Part shown: in pieces, positions 1 through 13,287 of the stretch
Layout: every line of letters starts with the position of its first letter
Numbering within the stretch: position 1 is the first letter of the stretch
DNA from: Bugula neritina
Lineage: Eukaryota; Animalia; Bryozoa
Reading direction: 5' to 3'
Assembly (NCBI GenBank): GCA_964035545.1
Contig: OZ037771.1
Location: forward strand, 321,628-385,627
Length of the DNA: 64,000 bases
Notes under the pieces: model-generated
What the model was told of the DNA's origin: nothing
Databases searched by the model: none
The model's input: only the letters and a program-made list of their open reading frames with translations
Position numbers and translations under genes: made by a program

Positions 1-83
1 CATCAGTTGATTTTCTAGCAATTATAGATGCTGCTACTTGACATCCATCCTGCCAATCTACCCATCTATTGTCTATTCCAGAG
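1..83 (-). CDS. Probable coding exon of an unidentified gene running out of the window
   Basis: Minus strand: ttgcag acceptor, then an open frame SGIDNRWVDWQDGCQVAASIIARKSTD in otherwise stop-rich AT DNA. Family not recognised. Confidence 0.3.
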
Positions 84-2171
84 CTGCAAGTACAATGTTG
101 ACTTTTTTAAATAACAAAAGGAAACGGTAGCTTGATTAGAAATTATACCCAGTTATATTATAAAAATTTAGTTGGCTGAACACTGTTGTAGTACTATTAT
201 GGCAGTAGTTAATTGTGATCCTGCATTTCATCAACGTTTAAATTTATTGAATTAAACTGAACAATTTAAATTAAAAAAATGCTTGATAATTTTCAAGCAC
301 ATCATTAAAAGACTGCAAACCTTTTTATGAATGAAATAAGCAGAAGCCATAACCTTGAAAGCCAAAATTCGGAGTGTCTACATTAGAAGTATTAGATTGA
401 TAGGTAGTAGAGTTGTGTAGGTATAAGTCTTCACTCTAATGCCCTCACAAGTGCACTTTCTAAAATGTACAGAATATCGGATTATTCTATATTAACATAG
501 TATTATCAGTAAAATTACACATTATGCACTTGAATATCTAGCATATCTGCAATTGGTAATTTTGAAGCAATGTCTTTAGATAACTATTAACCACTCAGGC
601 ATTTAATTGAGTAAAAGAGCTAGCTAAGTGCAACTGAATCTATTAGAGACATTTACTATAAAATCAATTTGAATTCAATGAATTACTTTAAAATATGAAT
701 AAATTTTTGCTCATCTTATAATAAAATTAAAAAAAGTTTAGACTATTTATGCATTCAGTTAGTGTTACTACTCACTAAATAAGACTAAAAGTAACTTGCT
801 GAAAAACTAAGTCAGTCAACTATAGAATCATCATGAACTCGCATTAATATTTCATCATTATAATCATTTACATTTAGTCACATTTATCATTTCAATTTGG
901 TTATAGGTGATGCTTTTATGAATATAAATATGATTATCAATTGAGTTTTGATAGTAACACTAACTGTAAGCCTGCATAATGTGATAAAGATTTTATCATT
1001 ATATTTTAAATCAAACTTTGAGCTAATTTAAAAATCACAAAAGGAACCGGTAGTTTGACTAGTACCAGTAGGCCTAATGTTAATACTAATAGTAATAGTA
1101 ATCAGTAACTGTATTGACAAAATCTAAGACAGAGGCTAAAAGTTACTAAGAGTAAGAGTAAGTCTAATGTAAATTGAAATATCAACTATAGAATAAATCA
1201 ATAAATATAATACTATCAGTATGAGTATCAAGTTTTAATAGCGAAAGCAAAACTCAGAGTCAGACCCAAATAATAATACAGTAATACTAATAAGTAATAA
1301 GTAATAGTAATACTAATACAGTAATAGTAATAGTGAATTTATAACTAATACTATTAATTACTTATAGTTATAGTTATACTTATAGTTATAGTTATACTTA
1401 TACTATTAGTATTAGTATTATTATTAATGAGTTACATTTGGTTTTACTACCAAATACCAGTATCGGTAAATCATGAATAATAGTCATTATGATTACCATT
1501 ATGAGTAACCGTACCTCAAACTGTGAGTCATAGTGAAAGTCATTTAAATAGTTACTAGTAGTAGTATAGAATAGAATAGACTAAGACAGACTCCTACTAC
1601 TAGTGATAGTATAAATATTATTAAATTGATAACTACAAATAATTCTGGCAACAATTCTAAGTTAGTAGCGTAAATGATTGTTTTGAGTATAATTACCTGT
1701 ATTGTTGTGGTTTTCAAGCTTGAACGCTAAAGATAAAGATTAAGTTCAGCATTTATCACCAAAGGGCAAAACAGCTCAGTAACTTAAAAGCTAACTTTGG
1801 ATGGAACACAATGAAAAACTAAAACTAGCCTTCGATTTTAAATATGATGCTTCTGACAGTACGAAGAAAGAGGTGTAAGCTAAATTCATTTGATAAAAAA
1901 ATTAATTTGCAAGATCTCATGCTATGAAAGTGACTAAAATTGTCTTCTTTCTTTAATCGATAACTTCGCAATTTTTTCATCATTTAAAAAATTGAAAGCC
2001 TTAGTTACCAACTTTAAATGCAATTTTAGAGCTGAAGGAACCATCAAATGCTTACGAAAGTATGATTTTTGAAATCCTTAGATTTTTTTGCACTAGAAAA
2101 GTCTAAAATCTAAAAATTGAAAATTAATTTCAAATTTAAGTATTTCCAAATTAAACCTTCATTTACTACAC

Positions 2172-5100
2172 TTAAACATCGTAGGCATCCAGGTTATTTC
2201 GATAAAATCAATTACTGTTAATTAAAAGTTCATACTTTTTTAGTTGCATTCACAAAATATTTAAAAAAAATCTCAACTCAATATACCAGAAAAAATGAAT
2301 TAAAATATATGTGTTAATAGCACTGATATTGACGTGACCGTGGCACATGAAAAATCTGAAAGAAGAGTTGTCTTCTATTTTTCTATATTAACGTATAGAG
2401 CTTGCCGTGAAAATACAGATTTTTAAAAAAAAATATTGTGACCCTCTGGTAACTTTTTGAATTTAGAAAATTGGCTCATATATTTCTTTTCATGTGGACA
2501 ACAGCTCACTTTTTTTTAAATTTATTTTGAAGCTCTTTTCGTAAAAAATAATCAAAAGTAAAAAATCCAAAATTTTTACAAATTGGTTCGGGGCTTGACG
2601 TGAAAGGCGTTTGGACAAAGATGTCAAGGTCACCATTAATAAATATATTATTTCATCACAATACTGCACGGAAAGTTAATGAAGTGAGCTGAAAATTAGG
2701 TTGCTAGCATATTGATATACATTATATTGGTTGTTACAGTATTATTTTTTAAATTTGTTTTGTTATCAGTTATGTTTAACTTTTTCATAAAGCTGCTGTT
2801 AGACTAAGAGTAAGACATAATATTACCATTACTAATGGTAATATTATGTCTTACTAGCCCGCATTAGCAACAATGATAATATTAAATTAAAATTATTATT
2901 AAATTCACGGTGAAGTGTCACTATGACTATGATACTCTATAACTATGAGTATGAGTATCGTATAAATTAATTATAATGAGTATGAGTATCACTATGACAT
3001 TAACTCAATCAGTGATTGACTATGTCTATTACTATGAATATGACTATGCATAACTCAATGAGAATATCAATATGAATATGGCTTCTAATTCTTGTAACTT
3101 TTGACTATGACGATGCTGATACTGATAATCACTGCCAGCCCAAGTCTCATACTCATAGTGATACTATTACTATTGTCTATTAGTATTAATAATTAGTATT
3201 ACTCTTAGTACAACTACTAGTATTACTCATAGTTCTGATAATGATGCAGATGATAGTTTTAGAAGTTCTACTTCTACTTTTAATTTTATAGTACGCTAGA
3301 TTGTATATGTTGAACTCTACTCATTTTTTACTACTAATGCTAATACTAATAGTAATAGTAATAATGATTATAGTTGTTATAATGATAGTAATACTAATAG
3401 TAATAACAACTATTTAAATTTGATAATTCATGTTTTACAACAGCATTATCACTTATCAATTACATTGGTTCATAATATGCTTATTTTAATTTTGCTTTGT
3501 GTGTTTTGTCATGTTGTAAATTTAAGTTTGTATGGTTATTTAATGAACTAGAGAACTAGCCAAATGTTATGTAACAGTTGCAATAATTTACTATAAACTC
3601 AGTGAAATTTAAAACCTAATTGATATTACTATAACATTGATTGTACAGAGGTAGCTAAAATATACATTAAATTACCAATAATTTTAACTCGCCAATACAC
3701 TATGAGTAGAACAATCAAATGCAATGATAGAAAATTAATTAGTCATAGCAGCCCGTTGCTTGAAGAACATCAAGCTACAGGTCTAAAATTATGTAGTTTT
3801 GTGATCCATTACATAACAAAATAATTTTTTTCAAACTGGTTTAATACTTTTATTATGAACACGCTTATCAAAGTAACATGTTTGTGATGTATATTCTATT
3901 AAAAAAGCAATCACATCAGGTTTTCAACTTGTATGTTGTACAATGTTTATTATGGTGACAAGTTACTAAATCATATGGTTCAGCTTTGTAAAGTAAAGCT
4001 GATAAAATAAATACAAGTATGTGATTGTTTTACTACTATATATTAAATTTAAATGAGTTGAATAATATCCTAGTGCAGTGAATTAGATATTTTTTAGCTT
4101 TGGTACACCTGTTTGTTATAGGCTAACATTCCACCAATAGAAGAATGGTGCAAGTAGAAGAAATTTCAGGCGCAGAAAGCTAAGGAGCAGTCAGAATGCT
4201 GCCAGAGTTGTGAAGAGGCACTTGAAAAAGCTGAATTTCAATAATGACATGACATTCGTAACATATCACCCTGGTGTATTTGAACTGACATGGCCAGCAG
4301 AGTTCTCGAAGTCACATTCAACAGCTATTTACATCATCATGGTTAGCTTAAATTTAATTCCTATATCAGTCTCTAATATATAGTTTGATATCTGCTGTAA
4401 ATTCGCTTAAGGAGCATACACATAACCAAAACTGAGTTACACTATAGTATTTGTTCTTGAATATATTTACCAAGATAAGTAGATTTGCTAATTCATTTTA
4501 ACAGTAAAATTATAATGATACAACAATTTTTCTTTTAGATGATTCAATCAATAACACAAGACACTACAACATGGTTTTGCAGTTATAGAGTATTAATTTT
4601 CTGGCTCTTTCCAAATCTTCATAGAAGGCAAAGAAAACCACCGTCAGCTTGCCTTTATAACTGAGTGCAAGCTTCTTCCACCTACAGATGATGATAAACA
4701 ATTTGCTGATGTGGAACTTTCTAATTTTGTTTACAATGAAGATAGATTATAGGACATTATTCTTTATGTAAAGATTGTCAAGTTTTGTTATAATTAAGAA
4801 CAGTTTTAGTTTCAATAAATCAGTTCAACATTATGGACATCATTGCACAAACATTTTAATCTTTACTATCTACAAAGGTATCTGATGAACTACTTGAAAA
4901 TACAAAACTATGCTCCAGATACACAATGAACTGACCAGCAAAGTTAAAATGAGTTGGAGATGTAGAACATAATATCTTGTTCAAGGCTTTTCCCTGCTGT
5001 TGGAACCTTCTTCTTCAGAACACTGAATTGAACAAACATATGTAGATATATAAAACTTTGCAAACAATAATAATGTGAAATTAGTTGCTAAGTATCACAT

Positions 5101-7518
5101 TGCTAATAAATACAGCATTGTGTAATATTTTATTTAATTTTTTTTTGAGCCATTTGATCTATAGGCCCGCATAGTATTTACTATATTATAACTAATAAAT
5201 TGCAGACACATTATGTCAGACCAGTCTCCATTTAAATAGAATAGTGTAGGCTATCAAATTTGTAGAAGTAAAAAACCGCATTCTTATTGAGTAAAATACT
5301 TACCTTTTTTTTCATGATGCCTCTACTGCTAAAAAGAGAAGTTTTTATCAATACAGCTCCATCAATCCGTATCCTGATGAAGCTAGTAGTTTAGGAACAT
5401 TTGTGGCGGGAGTGTAGGCTGAGCTGCAGTATAGGAAGAACCCCAACATATGTAATCTATTCAGCACATTATATGTATTGTAGAAATTTATTCAAAAAAG
5501 AATTTAGAAAATGCTTCATGAAGCATGAACAAAATAAAAATTAATGCTGTAATATTATTACACCCATTAGAATTACTAGCAGCTATAGCATTAAAATTAT
5601 GTATTTTTATAAAAATGTGTCTAATTTATGCTACAAAGTTATTACTGCCAAAGGTTACAGAATTTACCAGTCACATTCATGCAGCTGATGGAGAATAACT
5701 AACCTTCACATGCAATAAATACAATTAGTAGCTCTATCTAAAACTAATGCGCTGCTAAATGTTAGGAGTATAAGTTATAGTTATTCTAAGGAATAATTGC
5801 AAAAAAAGTTACGTAGAGGAATTTAACTCTTATTATATTGTAATTATCTTCCAAGATATATTACAACATCACTACTTGGATACATACAATGTCATATTTA
5901 TATTGGCATCAACATAATTTTCAATAATTTCCAATCTATTAACTTGAGCATTATGATTGTGATTATTTTATAAATAAGGCGATGATTAGGCACTGTTGGT
6001 ATTTTGGTTCAATTTATTTATAGCTGTAACAGGCAGAGTTGTAAATATAATGGATATATCAAAATTCCAATGGGTATAGTACTCTAACACAACATTGATA
6101 CTAATAATTGTAGTCACTTACTCTTAGAGTTAGTGAATGATGATACAGTCATAACAATTTGAATATCAATCAGCATTAGAGATAGACTGACTGCTTTATA
6201 ATATTATAGTTATTATGTCAAATTGAATTTATTCACTATAAATAAAAAAATTATGATTATAATTATAAATTAAAATAATTTAAATATTATATAATATATT
6301 GATAATTATTGGAATCATAATTATATTTATTGTTATGATCATTATGATTATAATTATTTAATGTTATCTTTATGTTTGTATTTAAAATTGTTCCTTAAAT
6401 CTAAAGTTGTTTAAGTTTTTTTAAATTTATTATAATTATATTACTGTATAAGTATTGCTATTAGTATTAGTATAATTAAATTATTATAATTTATATTTTA
6501 TTATTTACATTTATTTTACTTTTTATTTTAAGACCAACAGTTCAAATTAATACTTGTGTCGTTTGCTCTATATTATAACTTACAAGTATAACTATTAACA
6601 TAATAATATTAGATTTGCTGTTAGTATTACTATGAATATAAATATTTATGTTAATATAGCTAATGCTATCGGTATAACTTATACTTATAGTTATAACTAA
6701 TATTACAAGTATTAGTTTCGAAACTGATCCTGCTCCGTAACATTAACATACTGATACTGTCATATGATTATCATTATGACTAATAATGGTATTAATAAAT
6801 ATAACCATTGGATATTATTAATAATAGTTCACCAATACTAATAGGCGATAGTCATAGACTTAGAGTGAGAGTCATAGACATAGACTAGTGATACTCATAC
6901 TGATAAGTGATAGTGATACTGTGATTCACTGATTCAATTACAAATTTTAAAACTTGTTTTTACGTAGACAACTACTAACCTATAGTTCATCACAAAACGG
7001 TTGAAAATCATCATTTACTGCATATTTAAGAGTGATTTTCTGGTAGTGTGGTCGACATGATAATTGAAATTAAAATAGGAAAAATAATTATTTTGTGATT
7101 TACAGCAAGTTACAAACTAGCGAAATGGAATAGTCCATTTGAAAACAGTCAAATTAGTTACCTTTCTTGATGTTGCGTAGCTAACGTTAGTTATTAGTAG
7201 CCGCCCGAAGAGTAACATGCATGTGATTTGAGCTACGAATAACGAGAATCTGTGACAAACCCGCTTCTTAATAACTTTACGCGATATAAACTCACGCTAC
7301 AATAGGGCTATTTTGCCATCCCCACGTCAGAATAGGACACGGAGGGCAAGCTCGCGGGCAAGTCTGGGCAAGTCTAAGACACCTAATATGACCACTTTTA
7401 CTTGCATTTTTGTAGTGTTTTCGTATAAGAAATTGGATAAAATGCTGATAAAACAGTTGAAAAGCATGCAAACTTTTGCTCAAATGTCATAAATAACCTG
7501 GATGCTTACGGCCTTTAA
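2172..7518. mobile_element. Decayed Kolobok-like DNA transposon (~5.3 kb)
   Basis: Left end TTAAACATCGTAGGCATCCAGGTTATTT (2172-2199) matches the reverse complement of 7491-7518, TTAAAGGCCGTAAGCATCCAGGTTATTT, at 24/28. TTAA is present at both outer ends. Contains a KolX-like pseudogene. Confidence 0.65.
4122..4745 (+). pseudogene. KolX-like (P2RX7 C-terminal/Cys-rich) accessory gene of Kolobok, disrupted
   Basis: Two exons (~4122-4341, ~4539-4745) translate, with stops and frameshifts, to EEWCK*..EQSECCQSCEE / TFVTYHPGVFEL.. / WFCSYRVLIFWLFPNLHRRQRKPPSACLYN*VQA.PPTDD. This fits the recalled KolX pattern WCxC..ExxCC..ITxHPGF..YRxxxxW..RxPxPxC..FP. AATAAA at ~4814. Confidence 0.55.
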
Positions 7519-7899
7519 TAAACGCCGCCACATCCCCGGTTTTGTCGCGACTGGTCACATATATATCTTCATATAAGACTATAACTTTATACATAATTAT
7601 TGTGTTAAGCTGATGTGCTTTTCAAATGCGGAGAACACCTGCATTATCTAGCGTCAAAACCATTGTAAAAATCTAAAAATCTTCTTTTGCCTCAAGCCGT
7701 GTTGGTAAGGTGGTGTGAAGGCAAAATAACGCAGAAGCGGTTTTGTCTGGGTGCCTTTCCCAGCGTCACCAGTGAGGGTTTGCATCATCAACCTAGCAGA
7801 GAGGGTACCATGCTAGACTGGCTTGTCTGTCGACTAGACCACACCTGCTCTATACTGTTGCAAATAATATGCTATACACGGTGTCTACGCGTATTTCAG

Positions 7900-10800
7900 G
7901 TGATGGATGCAATGAGATATGCCTCTCAATCCAGTATCACTAGTCTGAAGATCTCAATGTTTGTACCAGAAGGATTGCACTTGACAACCCAGCCAGAAGT
8001 TCTTCCAGATGTGCTCTTTGCTGAAGATACTCTGTCATTGCGTCTCATCATATCGGGACAGGTGAGAGCATATAATAAATATACAGGTGAGAGTATATAA
8101 TAAATATACAGGTGAGAGTATATAATAAATATACAGGTGAGAGTATATAATAAATATACAGGTGAGAGTATATAATAACTAGACAGGTGAGAGCATATAA
8201 TAAATATACAGGTGAGAGTATATAATAAATATACAGGTGAGAGCATATAATAAATATACAGGTGAGAGTATATAATAAATATACAGGTGAGAGTATATAA
8301 TAACTAGACAGGTGAAAGTATATAATAAATAGTTTGTACCTAGGTGAAACATTTTCTTCATATATTGTACATCTATATTGTAAAAAATACCAAAAAACAC
8401 CCCTTTTCAGACAAGCAATTGCATATAATATTAACAATCTTAAATAACTTTTAAATACAATTGTATAGAACCATAAGTGATTTGAACCTGCTCTACACTC
8501 ATCATCAACCACATAGTTTTTGCATTAACTAACAATTAACATATACTGTGATAGTTTCGATTTTAAATCTGTTCATTGTTAGACATCAGTGGTTCCTATT
8601 TTCCCAACAGCCGTACGACTCTCGGAAGACAAAGTGTCGTGTTGTGCTGACTGGGAGGTTGGATACTGAAGACATCGAGTACGTCAAGGAGTTTGATTTG
8701 AGACATGCCTTGGTAACTCATGGCTCTCCCCTGCACCAGTTAGCTATACAATCACACCTGCACAGTTTACTCACTGGTGAGTGACAACAGTTATTCTGTT
8801 CATCGTTTGACTAGAGTTAGAGTAACGGTGACCATACGGTCTACTACATTGAGTTTTAGTAAAAAAACTTTTGTCGAGATGTTATGCACTAAATATACCA
8901 ATATTCCAAATTAGTTAAAACCACTTTATGATAAGTAAGATTAGTGTTTTTATTGAGCTTTCTTAAGAATTACAAAATTTATTACTAATGCAACGTTGTT
9001 TACATATGCTTCAAGCCAAATTTTAAGTAATATTTTCGCACTTTTTACTGTAGTAAGACTAATGCTTGAAAATTTTAGCTTGTTTTCACAAACAATCTTT
9101 ATACTGGTAATAACTTTGAACATATAAAAAAATTTAATGTTGCAAAATTGTAGCAATTACTTCAGTTATCGGCTGTCATTGAAAAATGCTAGCTTATTTA
9201 ATGTGATGATAAACAATGGTAATGTTTTAGCAATACCATACACAATACTAAGGCGTAGTCAAAACAATGTTACTTTAGATACAAAGGCTTGCAACAGTGC
9301 TGAGGAAATATTAGAGATCAATGAAGAAATTTTAGATCTTAGCGCAACCTCAAATCTCGTATCTCGTCACACAAACCACGTCAGTGTTGACAGCCAATCA
9401 CGGCAGGTGTTGAACTCTCTACCCATAATTCTGTGCAGACCAGAAAACAATAGGACCCAATTTTCTTCAGTGGTGAGTAGAAATAAATTTCCATGTCAAG
9501 GTCATATAAGTTTTCTAATAAAATTTGAAGTGTCTAACAAAAGCATTTTAGTCCTAACTCTTGCTGTGAAACCAGAGATTATAGTATGTTTATAGACAGT
9601 GTCAAGCAGTGCAGTAAATTGTAAGTTACTTTCTTTAAATTGATCAATTCTTTTGCTGAGATAATGTTGAATTGCTTGGGATGTGCCAAATCTTTTTTTG
9701 TTCCTATAGATTGTGCAAATATATAAACTTTTTGAATACAATTCCATAATATTTAATCATAGATTCGAATCAAGTTTGCCGGCGTAAGTGTATTTCCTTT
9801 ACTGTTTATCTTTTTGTTTACATAACGCACCCTTTCAACCTATCTCATTTTAACTTATAATTTGGTTGGACTGTGTGAGGTTTAGCATGCATGTTTCTCT
9901 CTTTATATAAATTAAACTTTTAATAATGTATTACATAACTTGTAAAATCTAAATAGTATTTGTGTGACTGAGAGAAATCTTAGTAACCTTCAATTTATAA
10001 TACATGTAGCTACTATGTCTTCTATATGAGCTACTCAGATGACTGGAACTGTCTATAAGATGCAAAGCTTATTACAATTTATTAGAATTTATTACTGCTT
10101 GAATCAACATTTTAAGCTATATAGATATTATAATTGTTGAATTCAAGTTTCCGTGGCAAAGAATCTGGCCTATGCTTAAAGTTGCCATGTTGCAAACTTT
10201 AACAATTCAAAATAAGTCTGCAATGATGAACCTATAACAATGTTTATTTTGAGTTACATGATGGATATAATCCAGAATCCACTTTTTATCAACTTTTAAC
10301 ATAAAACTAACACCATAATAAAATATCTAAATAATAATCCACCTAAAATATGTTGGATTTCACTACCTAAAATGTGTTGGATTTCACAACGTAAAAAGTG
10401 TTGGATTTTAAATGTCATTCAATATATTTTGTTTACATTTTTGCTTAAAATGTTTTTGTTATAATCATACATTGCAAAATCTAATTGAATTTATGAAAAT
10501 ATGCAGCATAACAATATTTTGCTGATCTTTGCACATGGCAATTCTCCCGACATTTATGCAATATATATTTTATTAAAACAAACAATACAATGCATAGTTT
10601 CAAATCTTTGTTAAATATGTGGGTTGTTGCAGGCCTGTGGTGATTGATCAGTGTTTATAAATCTACAGCTTTCATATTAATAGACGTATACTGTAGTTAT
10701 ATGTTAACAGGGAGCAAACATCTTCTGTTCAAACCATGCTATCTTGACGCCTCTGTATAAATAGACTTAGTTATATGTTAACAGGGAATAGATATCTTCC

Positions 10801-10951
10801 GCTCCAATCAGGCTATGTTGAGGTCTCTAGTGTCTGCCTATGCTACTCGTAATCAAGACAGATCCACACCAGCCAGACTCCCAGTGCAGTTACCTGTCAT
10901 AGGTTCCTTACCAATCAGCCAATCTACACGTCATAGAACTCGGAATGCTAG
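7900..10951 (+). CDS. VWA5-family (VWA5A/VWA5B-like) protein, internal exons 7900-8061, 8611-8776, 9279-9472, 10785-10951; 5' exons upstream of window
   Basis: Phase-consistent GT-AG exons. VMDAMRYASQSSITSLKISMFVPEG..LFAEDTL, LHQLAIQSHL and ILDLSATSNLVSRHTNHVSVD resemble the post-vWA region of VWA5 proteins (xHxLAAKS, LSxxSxxxSxxTAFxxV). Confidence 0.65.
8058..8327 (+). repeat. 25-bp minisatellite spanning a splice donor (ACAG|GTGAGAG..)
   Basis: ~11 copies of acaggtgagagtatataataaatat, beginning in the last 4 exonic bases. Confidence 0.95.
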
Positions 10952-11587
10952 GTCTGTTACTCATCTACAAACACACAAACACATCTAAAGTTAAAATATC
11001 AACTTCTATTTTGAGAACCAAAGCTTATCTCAAATTATATTTCAACTATAGGCATATGCAATACCAGAAATTTTTGAATGATGGAGATTGTGTGATTAAA
11101 AAGGTTTACATAAATACTGGTCTTATTTATTTACCATACAAATAAAATAAATGCAGGTCACTGTTCGCCCACAAGCTAGTGTTTACATTTCATGTGTTTC
11201 AAACTACTTTTCTTTTCTTTCATTTAACAACTGATGCAATTTTCTTTCGTGTTTTCAGCATGATAAAAGTAAGCACCAACTGACCCTGCCTCAATGTGTA
11301 GATTAGTGTTGGTAGCCTAGCAGCTTTGGTACTGACTTTGGACGTTATTGAACTGGTTGAATCAGTAATAAGCTGTACCAAACTTTACAAACAAAAACCT
11401 GAATAAAGTGTACCCAGAATATGAAGAGTTTGAAAAATTACTTCTGATTCACACAGCTATGAGTCAAAATTTATTTTTGGAACATTGATCATGACTCTTT
11501 GCTTATTCTATCAATAATGCATCACTAGGCCTAATTGGTATCTCCTTTAGAAATCCTTGATAAACAGCTGTTGATTATAAATAGTAG

Positions 11588-13287
11588 GATCTCAAATAGA
11601 AGAGATGTGATGGATGGTCACAGGTCGTCAGTGGACCGAATACTAGATCAGGTAGGAGGAGTGAGATTGGCTGAACCAGATACAGACTCCTTACAGTCCT
11701 CTCTTATCAATACAGAGATGGACAGCATGAGTTACGGCAGATACGAAGAAGAGTCGCTCCCCCCTGAACTCTTCAACATAATTGAGGAATACCCGGACAA
11801 GGGAAGAGGTTAGTGACAATGATATATCTTGTCTGTATAGGACGCGTCTGAGATATTCTCACAGCTCTACATACCTGCAATAAAATGGTGTTTCAATGAT
11901 GGACTAAACATGTTATTTTCTTACAAGTTGCTCTTTTCTCTGCTCTCAGCTATATAGACAGCCGTAAGTTGTGTCATACTGTTATATTCATACAATGAGT
12001 ATAGTATATAGTTCTAGTTCTGATACTCCTTTTGCTGTAGGATCTGGATTTGACATATGCTCTACACATGAGTTACAAAGACCCAATGGTAAGAAGTTGT
12101 ATCCCATTGTTTTATATCCTACTTACAATAACAACTCTTTACAGTAAGTACCATGTTATGTGTGCTACAATACACTTTAACTAATTATAAGTCAATGCGG
12201 GATGACTCTGATTTTAGATTTACTGGATATGTTGCAAAACGAGAGAACCCACGTAAAGCTGGACAACACTTCGCCTGGTAAATTAGTGTCTACCAGTGAT
12301 TACTATAGTATGGAGGTGTCTCCTGTCTCTGATACAGTGTCCATCAGTAGAAACACCAGCAGAGACAGTAGAAGTATTTGGTGCCGGCAAGACAGACCTA
12401 GCTGTGCCAGGAGGTTAGGAAACAGCAGAGATTGGTCAGACTCTTCCGGCATTGAGACAAACTCTACATGCCAGTACTTTGCCAGCTCCTCTGGTTCCAG
12501 TCTCAAACACACATCTCCAGACTCAGAACCTCAATATTCTAGTCTTTGGAAGCAGTTTAGAGCTGGTAAAAGAATTAACCTATCAGGCATGGATCTAGAT
12601 GACTGCTGCAGTGATACGCCTACTGATGAGTTACTAAGTTTTGACCCAATTGTTGGAGGTGTTCCACTTTCAGCAGCTACTCCTCAAGCTATCGCAGCAC
12701 ATATTCTAGATCCTCAGCATTTGACAAGTTCAGTTCAACGCCATCAGTATGCTAACCCACCAGAGCTGAGTTCATATGCTGTTACTGAGCAACTACCTGC
12801 CATGTCCATCTCTCGTCAAACTGCGTGTCCAGAAGGTGCAAGGCTATTTCATGTCGCAAGCAAAGCTGCACCATCAAAGCTAAAATACAAACACTATAAA
12901 CCGTTGAGTATTAGAACCAACTTTGACTTACCACCTGTTCACAATAACTCTCACCCACACCCTGTCACTAATGACTCACCCTCATTTCGTGTCACTAGCA
13001 ACTCTCACTCCTTTCCTGTTGACAAATCACCTGCGCATTCCACACAAGTTCCAAAGAACTTCAACAGCACAGAATGTAACACCACCATGCAGCCTATTCG
13101 AATGATGGATGAAGACACTAGCAGTGAGAACTTGTCTGATGTTATCAGGAACTACTGTAAAGAGGCAAACAGGTGCTCGCCTGTGGTCAAACAAGCATCT
13201 CCGCAAGCAAAACCTTTAAAAGGTTGGCAGCAAACATTGAGAAGCAAATTTAAAAAGCTTAAAAACTTTTTTAAGGCTGGACTATGA
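11588..13287 (+). CDS. Ser/Pro-rich coding exons 11588-11808, 12041-12088, 12218-13287; C-terminal part of the VWA5-like gene or a separate gene (possible ATG at ~11610)
   Basis: Phase-compatible splice sites and a 1070-nt terminal exon. The last codons (K-A-G-L-stop) overlap the transposon TSD/TIR. Linkage to the VWA5 exons is uncertain. Confidence 0.55.

Noticed and set aside
7520-7566. ..gtcgcgactggtcacatatatat as a terminus of a further DNA transposon
   Set aside because: No partner end found in the window, so it cannot be supported.
7687-7899. 5' part of ORF 7687-8100 as the gene start
   Set aside because: TTG start, no recognisable similarity, and a good acceptor at 7899 where VWA5 similarity begins.
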